Assembly: GCA_036556985.1 (NCBI GenBank)
Contig: DATBIK010000026.1
Coordinates: 1-60,886, forward strand
Length of the DNA: 60,886 nt
Direction of reading: 5' to 3'
Source: Candidatus Limnocylindria bacterium
GTDB taxonomy: Bacteria > Chloroflexota > Limnocylindria > QHBO01
Under the pieces are notes generated by a model. It saw nothing but the letters and a program-made list of their open reading frames with translations, searched no databases and was not told the DNA's origin. Positions 33,302 to 42,874 of this stretch are shown here, piece after piece. Position 1 is the first letter of the stretch; each line of letters opens with the position of its first letter. Made by a program: the position numbers and the translations under genes.

Positions 33302-33359
33302 GTGGACAACAAGCCCGGTTATCCACCAAATCGCGCACCGTCGCCGAGATTGTGGATAA
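33302..33359. promoter_or_regulatory. Cluster of three DnaA-box-like 9-mers
   Basis: GTGGACAA at 33302-33309 (reverse complement TTGTCCAC); TTATCCACC at 33319-33327; TGTGGATAA at 33351-33359, which is a perfect reverse complement of TTATCCACA. Confidence 0.5.
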
Positions 33360-33369
33360 GTCACCCGGA

Positions 33370-33375
33370 TATACT
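33370..33375 (+). promoter_or_regulatory. -10 hexamer TATACT; the 11-mer TATACTCAGCC is shared with the holB promoter
   Basis: gaTATACTCAGCCccgATG at 33370-33386. Confidence 0.4.
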
Positions 33376-33425
33376 CAGCCCCGATGGCGCCCCGGCACCC
33401 CGGCGACGGTAGGATCGAGGAGTAG

Positions 33426-33836
33426 GTGGCGGCGACACTGACCGACAGTCCGCCCCCGCGTTTCGCGCACGACAGCGAAGCGGAGCTGGCCCGGATCCTC
33501 GACTTCTACGGTGTCAGATGGCGATACGAACCCGACGTCTTCCCCATCTCCTGGAACGCCGACGGCGTGGTCACCGAGTCGTTCGCGCCCGATTTCTACC
33601 TGCCCGAGGTGGACCTCTACGTCGAGCTGACGACGCTGAAGCAGTCGCTCGTGCGCCGCAAGAACCGCAAGATGCGCTGGCTGCGCCAGCTGTACCCGGA
33701 GGTCCGGGTGAAGCTCTTCTACGCCCGCGACTTCAAGGCGCTGATGCTGAAGTACGGGCGCCTGGACTTCCTGGCTGACGTGACCGCCATGAACGGGAAC
33801 GGGCCGCTGAACGACCGCTCCGGCGGCGAGGACTGA
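33426..33836 (+). CDS. Conserved hypothetical protein, possible PD-(D/E)xK-like fold
   Basis: GTG start with a GAGGAG SD. The FAPDFYLPEVDLYVELT...K pattern suggests a nuclease-like core. No family name recalled with certainty. Confidence 0.55.
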   Translation: MAATLTDSPPPRFAHDSEAELARILDFYGVRWRYEPDVFPISWNADGVVTESFAPDFYLPEVDLYVELTTLKQSLVRRKNRKMRWLRQLYPEVRVKLFYARDFKALMLKYGRLDFLADVTAMNGNGPLNDRSGGED

Positions 33837-33846
33837 CGCAGGACCG

Positions 33847-34446
33847 ATGAACATGCATGCCGCCGCCACTCGCCCGTCCATCCACGACGACGTCGAGGAG
33901 ATCCTGCTCAGCGGGGAGCAAATCTCCAGCCGCGTGGCCGAGCTCGGCGCCCAGCTGGCCGCCGACTACGCCGGACGCGATCCCGTCCTGGTGAGCGTGC
34001 TCAAGGGCTCGTTCATCTTCCTCGCCGACCTCATCCGCGCCATGGAGACGTCAGTCTCGATCGACCTCATGGAGGTCTCGAGCTATGGCGCCTCGACCGA
34101 GACGAGCGGCCAGGTCCGCATCCTCAAGGACCTGTCCAAGCCGATCGAGGGGCGCGACGTCATCGTGGTCGAGGACATCATCGACACTGGGCTGACGCTC
34201 AACTACCTGCTGCGCTACCTCCACGACAAGGGACCGGCCTCGATCCGGATCTGCTGCCTGCTCGACAAGCCGGCGCGACGCCTGGCCGAGATCCCGATCG
34301 ACTACCGCGGCTTCACGATCCCGGACCGCTTCGTCATCGGCTACGGCCTCGACTACGACGAGCGCTATCGGAACCTGCCGTACATCGGCGTGCTCAAGCC
34401 ATCGGTCTACGGGGGTGCACCGCCGGAGGGCGAGGCCGGAGCCTGA
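33847..34446 (+). CDS. hpt: Hypoxanthine phosphoribosyltransferase
   Basis: VLVSVLKGSFIFLADL...VIVVEDIIDTGLTLNYL...FVIGYGLDY. Confidence 0.9.
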   Translation: MNMHAAATRPSIHDDVEEILLSGEQISSRVAELGAQLAADYAGRDPVLVSVLKGSFIFLADLIRAMETSVSIDLMEVSSYGASTETSGQVRILKDLSKPIEGRDVIVVEDIIDTGLTLNYLLRYLHDKGPASIRICCLLDKPARRLAEIPIDYRGFTIPDRFVIGYGLDYDERYRNLPYIGVLKPSVYGGAPPEGEAGA

Positions 34447-34450
34447 GCCG

Positions 34451-34876
34451 ATGCCGCAGGGCCGCCGCTTCCGGATCCCGATCCTGCTCGGCTGCCTGCT
34501 CATGGTGGCCGCCGGCTTCCTGCCGTGGTGGCACGCCGGCGGCGAGTCGGTGAGCGGCGTGGCGGTGCCGGCCGCGCGCGGGATCGGGCTGGAGGGGCCG
34601 GGGCTCGTCATCTTCGGCACGGCCATCGCCGCACTCGTGCTCCTGGACATCGGCTACATGCGCGGCCGGTGGGGCTTCGTGCTCGACGCCCCGTGGGCCT
34701 ACCTCGTGCTCGGCATCGCGGCCGCCGCCGCGCTCGGCTGGCGGATCTGGGAGCTGTGGATGCTCGGCTTCCTGCCGCTGCCGCAGCAGTCGCCGGGGAT
34801 CGCGGCGGCCGCTGCCGGCGTGGCGCTGCTCCTGTACGGAGCAGGCGTCGGCTTCACGGTCCGTCGCCCGGGCTAG
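34451..34876 (+). CDS. Membrane protein, unknown function (141 aa)
   Basis: MPQGRRFRIPILLGCLLMVAAGFLPWW plus three further TM helices. Starts 4 nt after the hpt stop. Confidence 0.55.
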   Translation: MPQGRRFRIPILLGCLLMVAAGFLPWWHAGGESVSGVAVPAARGIGLEGPGLVIFGTAIAALVLLDIGYMRGRWGFVLDAPWAYLVLGIAAAAALGWRIWELWMLGFLPLPQQSPGIAAAAAGVALLLYGAGVGFTVRRPG

Positions 34877-34891
34877 GCGGGTCGGCCCGCG

Positions 34892-35026
34892 TCAGGCGGC
34901 CGGCAGGATCATCGGCCCCAGCAGCAGCCAGCCGAGGACGACCGCGGCCAGCAGGCCGACCAGGATGAGCATCGGGCGCAGGTCGGGCCGATAGCTGGAG
35001 GGTGGTCGCGGGGGCCGCGAGGACAT
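34892..35026 (-). CDS. Micro-ORF, 44-aa membrane peptide at the end of the liv operon
   Basis: MSSRPPRPPSSYRPDLRPMLILVGLLAAVVLGWLLLGPMILPAA. ATG lies 17 nt after the livF stop in a GGACCGATG context. Below the track cutoff. Confidence 0.35.
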   Translation of the reverse strand: MSSRPPRPPSSYRPDLRPMLILVGLLAAVVLGWLLLGPMILPAA

Positions 35027-35043
35027 CGGTCCGACAGGGCGGG

Positions 35044-35771
35044 TCAGATCTCGCCGAGGTAGGCCTGGCGGACCTGCTCGTTGGCGGCGAGGTTGGCGGC
35101 GGTGTCGTGCAGGATGATGCGCCCGGTCTGGAGGACGTAGCCGCGGTGCGCGACGTTGAGGGCCATGAGCGCGTTCTGCTCCACGAGGAGCACGGTGGTG
35201 CCCTGGCCGTTGATCTCGGTGATGATGCTGAAGATCTGCTCGGTGAGGATGGGCGAGAGGCCCATCGACGGCTCGTCGAGGAGGAGCACCTTGGGGGCGG
35301 CCATGAGCGCGCGGCCCATGGCCAGCATCTGCTGCTCGCCGCCGGACATGGTCCCGGCCGCCTGCGAGCGTCGCTCCTTCAGCCGTGGGAACAGGTCATA
35401 CACACGCGCCACCTCGTCGTGCAGCACGGCGCCCTTCCGCGAGAACGCTCCCATCTGCAGGTTCTCGTAGACCGTCATGCGGCTGAAGACGCGCCGCCCC
35501 TCGGGCGCCTGCGCCAGGCCGAGCTTCACGATCTCGTGGGCGGGAAGCGTGTCCACCCGCCGGCCCTCCAGCCACACCGAGCCGTGGCGCGGGCGCAGGA
35601 CGCCGCTGATCGTGCGCAGGGTGGTGGATTTGCCGGCGCCGTTCGAGCCGATGAGGGTCACGATCTCGCCCTGGTCGACGTGGAGCGACACGCCGCGCAG
35701 GGCGCGGATGTTTCCGTAATAGGTGTGGACGTCGTCCAGCTGCAGGAGGTGGCCCGAGCCTTCGGCGCTGG

Positions 35772-35775
<4 letters not shown>
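35044..35775 (-). CDS. livF: Branched-chain amino acid ABC transporter ATP-binding protein LivF-type
   Basis: GSNGAGKSTTL, LSGGEQQML and LLLDEP motifs. Confidence 0.85.
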
Positions 35776-36605
<830 letters not shown>

Positions 36606-36606
36606 G

Positions 36607-38340
36607 CTACGTCCCCTCCACCACCGGCGGGGGCGTGCCGGCGCCCACCCGTTCGTCCCATTGTTCCTCGTCGTCCTCCGATTCGTGGAGCTCGCGCCGG
36701 CGCTGCGCCGACGGGATCAGGCCCTCCGGGCGCCACAGCATCATCATCACCAGCACGGCGCCGTAGATGAGCAGCCGGTACTCGGCGAACTCGCGGAGCA
36801 GCTCGGGCAGGCCCACGAGGACGAAGGCACCCACGATGACGCCCGGGATGCTGCCCATGCCGCCGAGGATGATGAGGCTCAGCACCGTGATCGAGACGAG
36901 GATGTTCAGGTTGTGCGGGAAGATCGAGCCGAGCTTCACGGCGAGGAAGGCACCGGCGATGCACCCGAACACGGCGCCCAGCGAGAAGGCGAGCAGCTTG
37001 TAGTTCGTCACGTTGATGCCCGTCGCCGCCGCCACGTCCTCGTCCTCGCGCATGGCGTTCCAGGCACGGCCGACCCGCGAGTTGGCGAGGCTGAGCGCCA
37101 CGAACGTGCCCGCGATCGCGAACGCCAGGATCGGGTAGTACAGGTTCTGCGGCCGGAAGAACTCGATGTCGAGCAGCTGCGGCGGCGGGATCTGGAGGAT
37201 GCCCTGCGCGCCGCCGGTCCACGGCCGCAGCGCGTCGGACAGCAGCAGGATGCGCACGATCTCGCCGATCCCCAGGGTCACGATGGCGAGGTAGTCGCCG
37301 CGGAGCCGCAGGACGGGCGCGCCGATGATGAGGCCGGAGACCGCGGCGATGAGCATGACGATCGGGATGGCGACCCAGAAGGCCAGCTCGCTGCCGAGCG
37401 CCGACACCGGGGAGGTCAGGATCGCGGTGGCGTACGCGCCGATGGCGAAGAACGCGACGTAGCCCAGGTCCAGGAGGCCGGCGTAGCCCACCACGATGTT
37501 GAGGCCGAGGCCCATGAGGACGTACAGGCCCACCGTCCCGACCACCTCGGACAGGAACGAGCCGATGATCTGCGGCAGGAGCACGAGGATGACGAGGCCG
37601 GCGACCAGCGCGCCGATCTGCAGGCTCCGCCGCTGCCCGGCCGGCATGGCGTCCACGCGTTCGCGGACCGCATTGCCGCGGAACTCGGCCGCGAGGCGCA
37701 CGGCCAGCACCACGATGAAGGTGACGATCGCGCCCTGCAGCGTCAGGCCGCCGGCCTCGTACAGCCAGTGCGCAATGGCTGGGAGCTCGAGCTGGAGCAG
37801 CACCACGCGCAGGAATGGCTCCATCAGGCTGAGAAGCAGCACCGCGACGAGGGCGGCGACGAGGGGCCTCCGGAACCGATCCGGGACCAGCCGCAGGGCG
37901 GCCGCGCCGAGGCCGACGACCAGGCCGGCGCCGACGAGCAGTGCCGCGCCGGTCGGCAGGCCGGCTCCCAGGGTGAGGGCATCGGTCATGCGCGGCGTGG
38001 CGTTCACGAGCACCGCGTTCAGCGCCACCGCCTCGTTCACGAACAGGAACGCCGCGCTGATCAACCCGGCGACGCCGCCGGCGAGCAGGCCCGCGCCGAT
38101 GACATGCCCAGCGGGTGGTACGAAGCTCCAGGCCTTCGGCGGCTGCGTGCTGCGGTAGGCGAAGATCAGCACGCCCAATGCCGGCGCCAGCACACCGAGG
38201 GTCAGCACGCCGTTGATGATGTTCCGCGCCTCGAAGCGGTCGATCATGCCGATGAGCGCGAGGTAGATCACCACCACCGCACCGAGCGCGCCGAGGCCGA
38301 GCGCCCGTAGGTAGAAGCGTCCCAGGGTGGGTTCGTTCAT
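36607..38340 (-). CDS. livM: Branched-chain amino acid ABC permease LivM-type with a long N-terminal membrane extension
   Basis: The C-terminal ~320 aa is LivM-like (GYAGLLDLGYVAFFAIGAY...). The N-terminal ~250 aa adds extra TM helices. Confidence 0.8.
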   Translation of the reverse strand: MNEPTLGRFYLRALGLGALGAVVVIYLALIGMIDRFEARNIINGVLTLGVLAPALGVLIFAYRSTQPPKAWSFVPPAGHVIGAGLLAGGVAGLISAAFLFVNEAVALNAVLVNATPRMTDALTLGAGLPTGAALLVGAGLVVGLGAAALRLVPDRFRRPLVAALVAVLLLSLMEPFLRVVLLQLELPAIAHWLYEAGGLTLQGAIVTFIVVLAVRLAAEFRGNAVRERVDAMPAGQRRSLQIGALVAGLVILVLLPQIIGSFLSEVVGTVGLYVLMGLGLNIVVGYAGLLDLGYVAFFAIGAYATAILTSPVSALGSELAFWVAIPIVMLIAAVSGLIIGAPVLRLRGDYLAIVTLGIGEIVRILLLSDALRPWTGGAQGILQIPPPQLLDIEFFRPQNLYYPILAFAIAGTFVALSLANSRVGRAWNAMREDEDVAAATGINVTNYKLLAFSLGAVFGCIAGAFLAVKLGSIFPHNLNILVSITVLSLIILGGMGSIPGVIVGAFVLVGLPELLREFAEYRLLIYGAVLVMMMLWRPEGLIPSAQRRRELHESEDDEEQWDERVGAGTPPPVVEGT

Positions 38341-38350
38341 TGCCGCGCCC

Positions 38351-39397
38351 TCATTCCTTGCGGCCCAGGATGCCGTACGGACGGAAGATCAGGACCAGCA
38401 CGAGCAGCGTGAAGGCGACCACGTCGCGCAGCTGGTTGGTGGACGGGACGCCGAACCCCGACAGGAACAGGAACGGACCCACGGACTCGAGCAGACCCAG
38501 GAACAGCCCTCCCAGCATGGCTCCCACGATGTTGCCGATGCCGCCCAGCACGGCCGCGGTGAAGGCCTTGATGCCGGCCAGGAAGCCCATGCTGAACGAC
38601 ACGACGTTGAAGAGGAAGACGTAGAGGATGCCCGCCGCGCCGGCCAGCAGGCCGCCGATGGCGAACGTCGTGGCGATGACCCGGTCGACGTTGATGCCCA
38701 TCATGGCCGCCACGTCCTTGTCCTCGCTCACGGCCCGCATCGCGCGACCGGTGCGTGTGCGCTGGACGAAGATGTAGAGCCCGATCATGAGCAGGACGGC
38801 CGCCACGATGACGACCGCCTGCGTCTTCTGGATGGGGATGCCGAAGATGTCCCAGGTGCCGACCAGGATGTCGATCCGCGGATAGGAGCGCACGCCCGAG
38901 CCGTAGATGCTCCGAACCGTGTACTGGAGGAAGAGTGACGCGCCGATGGCGGTGATCAGCGGGACCAGCCTCGGCGCGCGACGGAGGGGCCGGTAGGCGA
39001 TCCGCTCCAGGAGGACGGCCACGATCATGGAGGTCACCATCGAGACGAGGAGGATGACCGCCAGGCCGAAGAAGGGATTGGCATTGAGGATGCCGGCGTC
39101 GGCGAGCGCCGTGGCGGCGAAGAAGGCGGTGAAGGTGCCCGCCATGAAGACCTCGCCGTGGGCAAAGTTGATCATGAACAGGACGCCGTACACGAGCGTG
39201 TAACCGAGGGCGATGAGTGCGTAGATGGCGCCCTGCGCCAGGCCCACGATGACGAGGCTCCGCCAGCTGTCGAAGCCGAGCAGGCCCTGCGAGAGCGTGG
39301 CGAACGAGCCGGTGACGACGAAGACGACGACGCCGACGCGCAGCCCCCACAGGATGACGTCAACGAGTGATAGGCGCTCCGGGAGCCGCAGGCGCAT
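38351..39397 (-). CDS. livH: Branched-chain amino acid ABC permease LivH-type
   Basis: GLAQGAIYALIALGYTLVYGVLFMINFAHGE... Confidence 0.85.
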   Translation of the reverse strand: MRLRLPERLSLVDVILWGLRVGVVVFVVTGSFATLSQGLLGFDSWRSLVIVGLAQGAIYALIALGYTLVYGVLFMINFAHGEVFMAGTFTAFFAATALADAGILNANPFFGLAVILLVSMVTSMIVAVLLERIAYRPLRRAPRLVPLITAIGASLFLQYTVRSIYGSGVRSYPRIDILVGTWDIFGIPIQKTQAVVIVAAVLLMIGLYIFVQRTRTGRAMRAVSEDKDVAAMMGINVDRVIATTFAIGGLLAGAAGILYVFLFNVVSFSMGFLAGIKAFTAAVLGGIGNIVGAMLGGLFLGLLESVGPFLFLSGFGVPSTNQLRDVVAFTLLVLVLIFRPYGILGRKE

Positions 39398-39433
39398 CTC
39401 TCCTCCGACGGCTGGTATGCGCTTGGACGATGT

Positions 39434-39501
39434 GCGGGTGAGCCGAGGTTCGGCTCACCCGCACCATTGGGTCATGCTCCGGTGCCGCAGTCCGGCACCG
39501 G
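39434..39501 (-). terminator. Two intercistronic GC hairpins between the binding-protein gene and livH (attenuator-like)
   Basis: 12-bp stem GCGGGTGAGCCG/CGGCTCACCCGC at 39434-39462 and 9-bp stem CCGGTGCCG/CGGCACCGG at 39479-39501. No U-tract follows either. Confidence 0.4.
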
Positions 39502-39511
39502 ATGCGTGTGG

Positions 39512-40789
39512 CTACTCCTCAGGCCAGATGCGCTCGTACGAGCCATCGCCGATGAGGCTGACCGAGATCTTCGGATCGGCGCAGTCGCCGGTCTCGTCGC
39601 AGGTCAGGGTCCCGGTGATGCCCTCGTAGTTCGACGTCCCGAAGAAGGCGTCGCGCAGGGCCGTGCGGGGGATGTACAGCGTGCCGTCATCACCCTCGAG
39701 CGCCACCGCGTCGATCGCGTCGAAGATCATGTTCGCTGCGTCGAAGGCGTGCGCATGGAAGACCGAGAGGGTCTGGTCGCAGTTGCACACCTCGTAGTAC
39801 GCCGGCAGGAAGGTGTCGGCGTAGACGCTTGACTCGAAGGCAAGGTCGGGGCCCGACGTGTAGACGCCGTCTCCGGCCTCTCCCGCGGTCTCGAGGAAGG
39901 TCTGGCTCTGCATGCCGTCGGCACCGGCCAGGTCGACACCCTCGAGGTCGGCGTTCTCACGCGCCTGCTGGGTCATGAGCGCGCCGCCCTGCGTGAAGAT
40001 CGGGTAGTAGATCAGCTCCGGATCGGTCGCCGCGATGGTCGTCAGCACGGTCCGGAAGTCGGTGTCCGTCGGGGCCACGGCCTCCTGGGTCGTGATCTCG
40101 CCGCACATCGCTTCGAACTCGTCCGCGAACACCTGCTGCAGCTGCTCCGAGTACGGGCTGCCGTCGTGCACGGTGGCTGCCCGGGTGACCCCGAGCTCCT
40201 CGCACGCGAAGGTGGCCATCGCCGCCCCCTGCACCTCGTCGTTGTGCGCGGTGCGGGCGTAGAACGGCTCGTGCGTGTCGGGGTGGGTGAGCGACGGCGC
40301 CGTGTTCGACGGCGAAACCATGAGCACGCCCGCCTCGCTCGTGATCTGCGCGGCCGGGACGCCGGCGCTCGAGCAGCTGGTGCCGATCACTGCCACGATG
40401 GTCGGGTCTGCCACGAGGGCGCGTGCCGCCGTGGTGCCGCCTTCCGCCGAGCACTGGTCATCCTGGTGATCCCAGGCGATGTTGTGGCCTCGGATGCCGC
40501 CGTCCTCGTTGCGCAGGTTGCCGGCGACCACGGCGCCGTACTGGCTGTCCTGTCCGAGGTCGGCGTCGGCGGTCGTGATGACGAGCGCCGTTCCGAGGGT
40601 GATGTCCGCCCCGGGCGCGATCTCGGCGCAGCCGAACTCGTCGGCGTCGCAGACCGCAGTCGGGTCCTCGCCCACGCTCTGGGCGGCACTGGCCGCGGTG
40701 CTGGGCTCCGTCCCGCCGTCGCCGGTACACGCGGCGAGGACGAGGGCGAGGATCGCAAAGAGTGCGGTCCACCGCAGATGCTTGACCAT
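39512..40789 (-). CDS. ABC transporter substrate-binding lipoprotein (LivJ/K-like), copy 2
   Basis: MVKHLRWTALFAILALVLAAC lipobox and type I periplasmic binding fold features. ATG 40789 has a GGAGGAG SD. Confidence 0.8.
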   Translation of the reverse strand: MVKHLRWTALFAILALVLAACTGDGGTEPSTAASAAQSVGEDPTAVCDADEFGCAEIAPGADITLGTALVITTADADLGQDSQYGAVVAGNLRNEDGGIRGHNIAWDHQDDQCSAEGGTTAARALVADPTIVAVIGTSCSSAGVPAAQITSEAGVLMVSPSNTAPSLTHPDTHEPFYARTAHNDEVQGAAMATFACEELGVTRAATVHDGSPYSEQLQQVFADEFEAMCGEITTQEAVAPTDTDFRTVLTTIAATDPELIYYPIFTQGGALMTQQARENADLEGVDLAGADGMQSQTFLETAGEAGDGVYTSGPDLAFESSVYADTFLPAYYEVCNCDQTLSVFHAHAFDAANMIFDAIDAVALEGDDGTLYIPRTALRDAFFGTSNYEGITGTLTCDETGDCADPKISVSLIGDGSYERIWPEE

Positions 40790-40836
40790 TCGCTGCTCCT
40801 CCAAATGCTCGGGACGGCGTTTCGGACGCGGCCCGG

Positions 40837-40866
40837 AAAAGTGGGGCGCATCATAAGGGCGCCCCC
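40837..40866 (-). terminator. Rho-independent terminator/attenuator between the two binding-protein genes
   Basis: Minus strand reads GGGGCGC-ccttatgat-GCGCCCC followed by ACTTTTCC. Confidence 0.5.
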
Positions 40867-40952
40867 ATCGCCGGCGCAAGATGTTCGCCGGTATGCCGTC
40901 ATGTAGGGCCGATTCCTGGACGAGGTTCAGTTCAATGCCGGGGGGTCGCCCC

Positions 40953-42239
40953 TCAGGGCCAGACCGGCTCCAGCACGCCGTCATTCACCAGGGATATGGC
41001 GATCGTCGCGGCCCCGCAATCGCCGGACGGCCGGCAGGTGAAGGCGCCGGACAGCCCCTCGTAGCCATCGGCGGCCAGGACCATGTCGCGAAGGCCGGTG
41101 CGGGGGATGTACAGGGTGCCGGCCTCGTCGATGGCGACGGCCTCCACCGCGTCGAGCAGCAGGTTGGTTGCGTCGTACGCCTGGCCGTGGAACGCCCCGA
41201 TGGGCTCGTCCATGGCGGAGACGTTCCGGTACTCCTCCACGAAGACGGCGGTGTAGAAGTCGCCGGACGGGGTGAGCAGCGGCGCGGACACGTACGTTCC
41301 GTCGTTGAGGCTGGCCGCCGGCATCCCGTCCTCACCCACGCCGATGGTAGCCAGGATCGTATCCTCCAGCCCCGCCGTCCGTCGGGCACGGCGCGTTACC
41401 GTCGCGCGTTCCGCGTCGGCGATCGGGTAGTACAACAGCTCCGGCGGACCACCCTCGTTCGAGGTCGCGAGCCGCTCCAGCAGGTCCCCGGGCGTCGCCC
41501 CCTCGTCCAGCCAGGTGCGCTCGGTCAGCCGCCCGTCGCAGGCAGACGCGAACTCATCGGCGAACGCCTCTTCGAGGGCCTGCCCGTATGCGCTGCCGTC
41601 GTGCAGGGTCGCCGCCGTCTGCACGCCCAGCTCGTCGCAGGCGAATTCCGCCATGGCACGACCATGGGCCACGTCGTTCGGCGCGACGCGCGCGTAGAAG
41701 GGTCGCGAGGGCTCCTCGGCCGTGAGGTGGGGAGCCGTGTTCGACGGCGACAGGAGGAGGACGCCATGCTCGCCGAGGATGTCGGCCGCCGGCGGCGCGG
41801 CGGACGAACAGCTCGTGCCGATCACGGCGGCCAAGGCGTCGAGCTCGACGAGCAGGCTCGCGGCAGCGGTGCCGCCCTCGGAGCTGCACCGATCGTCGTG
41901 GTTCACGAGCTCCACCTCGTGCCCGGCCACGGGTCCGCGCAGGTTGAGCGCGACCTGGGCGCCGAACTGGCTGTCGAGGCCGAGCGAGGCGTTCGGGCCG
42001 GTCAGGGTCAGCGCCGTGCCAATCAGGATCGGGTCCCCCGCCGCGACCTCCACGCAGCCGAACGGGTCGGAGGCGCAGGCCTCGGCCGCCGGGCCCGTCG
42101 TCGTGTCGGGCGTCTGCGACGCACCGCTGCTTGGGGCAGGCGGCGGCGTGACGGTCAACGTGCAGCCGACGAGGAGGAGGCCGAGCGCCGCGACCGGCAC
42201 CCGGGAGATCGGCGGCCCAGCGAACATTCCCCGGATCAT
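40953..42239 (-). CDS. ABC transporter substrate-binding lipoprotein (LivJ/K-like), copy 1
   Basis: Signal peptide with lipobox LLLVGC. Paralogous to 39512-40789 (shared blocks VIGTSCSS, LSPSNTAP, FYARxAxND). Confidence 0.8.
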   Translation of the reverse strand: MIRGMFAGPPISRVPVAALGLLLVGCTLTVTPPPAPSSGASQTPDTTTGPAAEACASDPFGCVEVAAGDPILIGTALTLTGPNASLGLDSQFGAQVALNLRGPVAGHEVELVNHDDRCSSEGGTAAASLLVELDALAAVIGTSCSSAAPPAADILGEHGVLLLSPSNTAPHLTAEEPSRPFYARVAPNDVAHGRAMAEFACDELGVQTAATLHDGSAYGQALEEAFADEFASACDGRLTERTWLDEGATPGDLLERLATSNEGGPPELLYYPIADAERATVTRRARRTAGLEDTILATIGVGEDGMPAASLNDGTYVSAPLLTPSGDFYTAVFVEEYRNVSAMDEPIGAFHGQAYDATNLLLDAVEAVAIDEAGTLYIPRTGLRDMVLAADGYEGLSGAFTCRPSGDCGAATIAISLVNDGVLEPVWP

Positions 42240-42343
42240 AGGCGGGCCCGGTGAGCGCCCTCAAGGCGAAGGTACCCGCCCATCCGTGGTAGACTCTTCC
42301 GGGTACGTCCGCAGCCTCGCTGCGATTCGCCCGAGAGGCCCCC

Positions 42344-42787
42344 GTGGAATATCACGTCCGCAGCGCTCGCCTCACCGATGTCGACTCCGCGCTCCGCCTC
42401 GTGCTGCGCGCACCGTTCGATCCCGGCGAGCAGCGCGACGGAGCCGATCGCCTGCGGAGCCTGCTCTTCCTTCCGGCCGCGACCGTCGTCGTTGCCGAGG
42501 CGGAACGGCGGCTCGTCGGGGCCGGGGTCCTCTCGATCCGGCCGTCCGTCCGTCCCGGCCCGTTCGTGGGCGTGATCGACGCGCTGGGAATGGCGGAGGA
42601 GGCGGCGGACGACTCGAGCCGGCAGGACATCGGGCACTCGATCATCGAGCACCTGGTGGCATCGGCTCGCAACAAAGGCTGTGCGCACGTGGAGGTCACC
42701 GATCCCCTCGCGAGCGCCGAGCCCGACCTCCTTGCAGGGGCCGGGTTCGAGCGACAAGGGGTGCTCCTGAGCCGCGCCATCGGTTAG
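42344..42787 (+). CDS. GNAT-family N-acetyltransferase
   Basis: ...VVVAEAERRLVGAGVL...IIEHLVASARNKGCAHVEV...AGFERQG. GTG start, with a TAGACT -10 at 42290-42295. Confidence 0.7.
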   Translation: MEYHVRSARLTDVDSALRLVLRAPFDPGEQRDGADRLRSLLFLPAATVVVAEAERRLVGAGVLSIRPSVRPGPFVGVIDALGMAEEAADDSSRQDIGHSIIEHLVASARNKGCAHVEVTDPLASAEPDLLAGAGFERQGVLLSRAIG

Positions 42788-42874
42788 GCATCTGCCAAGC
42801 CGAACGCCGCGCCGGAGCCGGGACGCCACGACGCCAGCCGTCCATCACACACGACAACAGGAGATCAGCTCAGC

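Noticed and set aside
33290-33390. Calling the DnaA-box cluster the chromosomal origin (oriC)
   Set aside because: There are only three boxes, with no AT-rich unwinding element and no dnaA, dnaN, parAB or rpmH nearby. It is reported only as a DnaA-box cluster.
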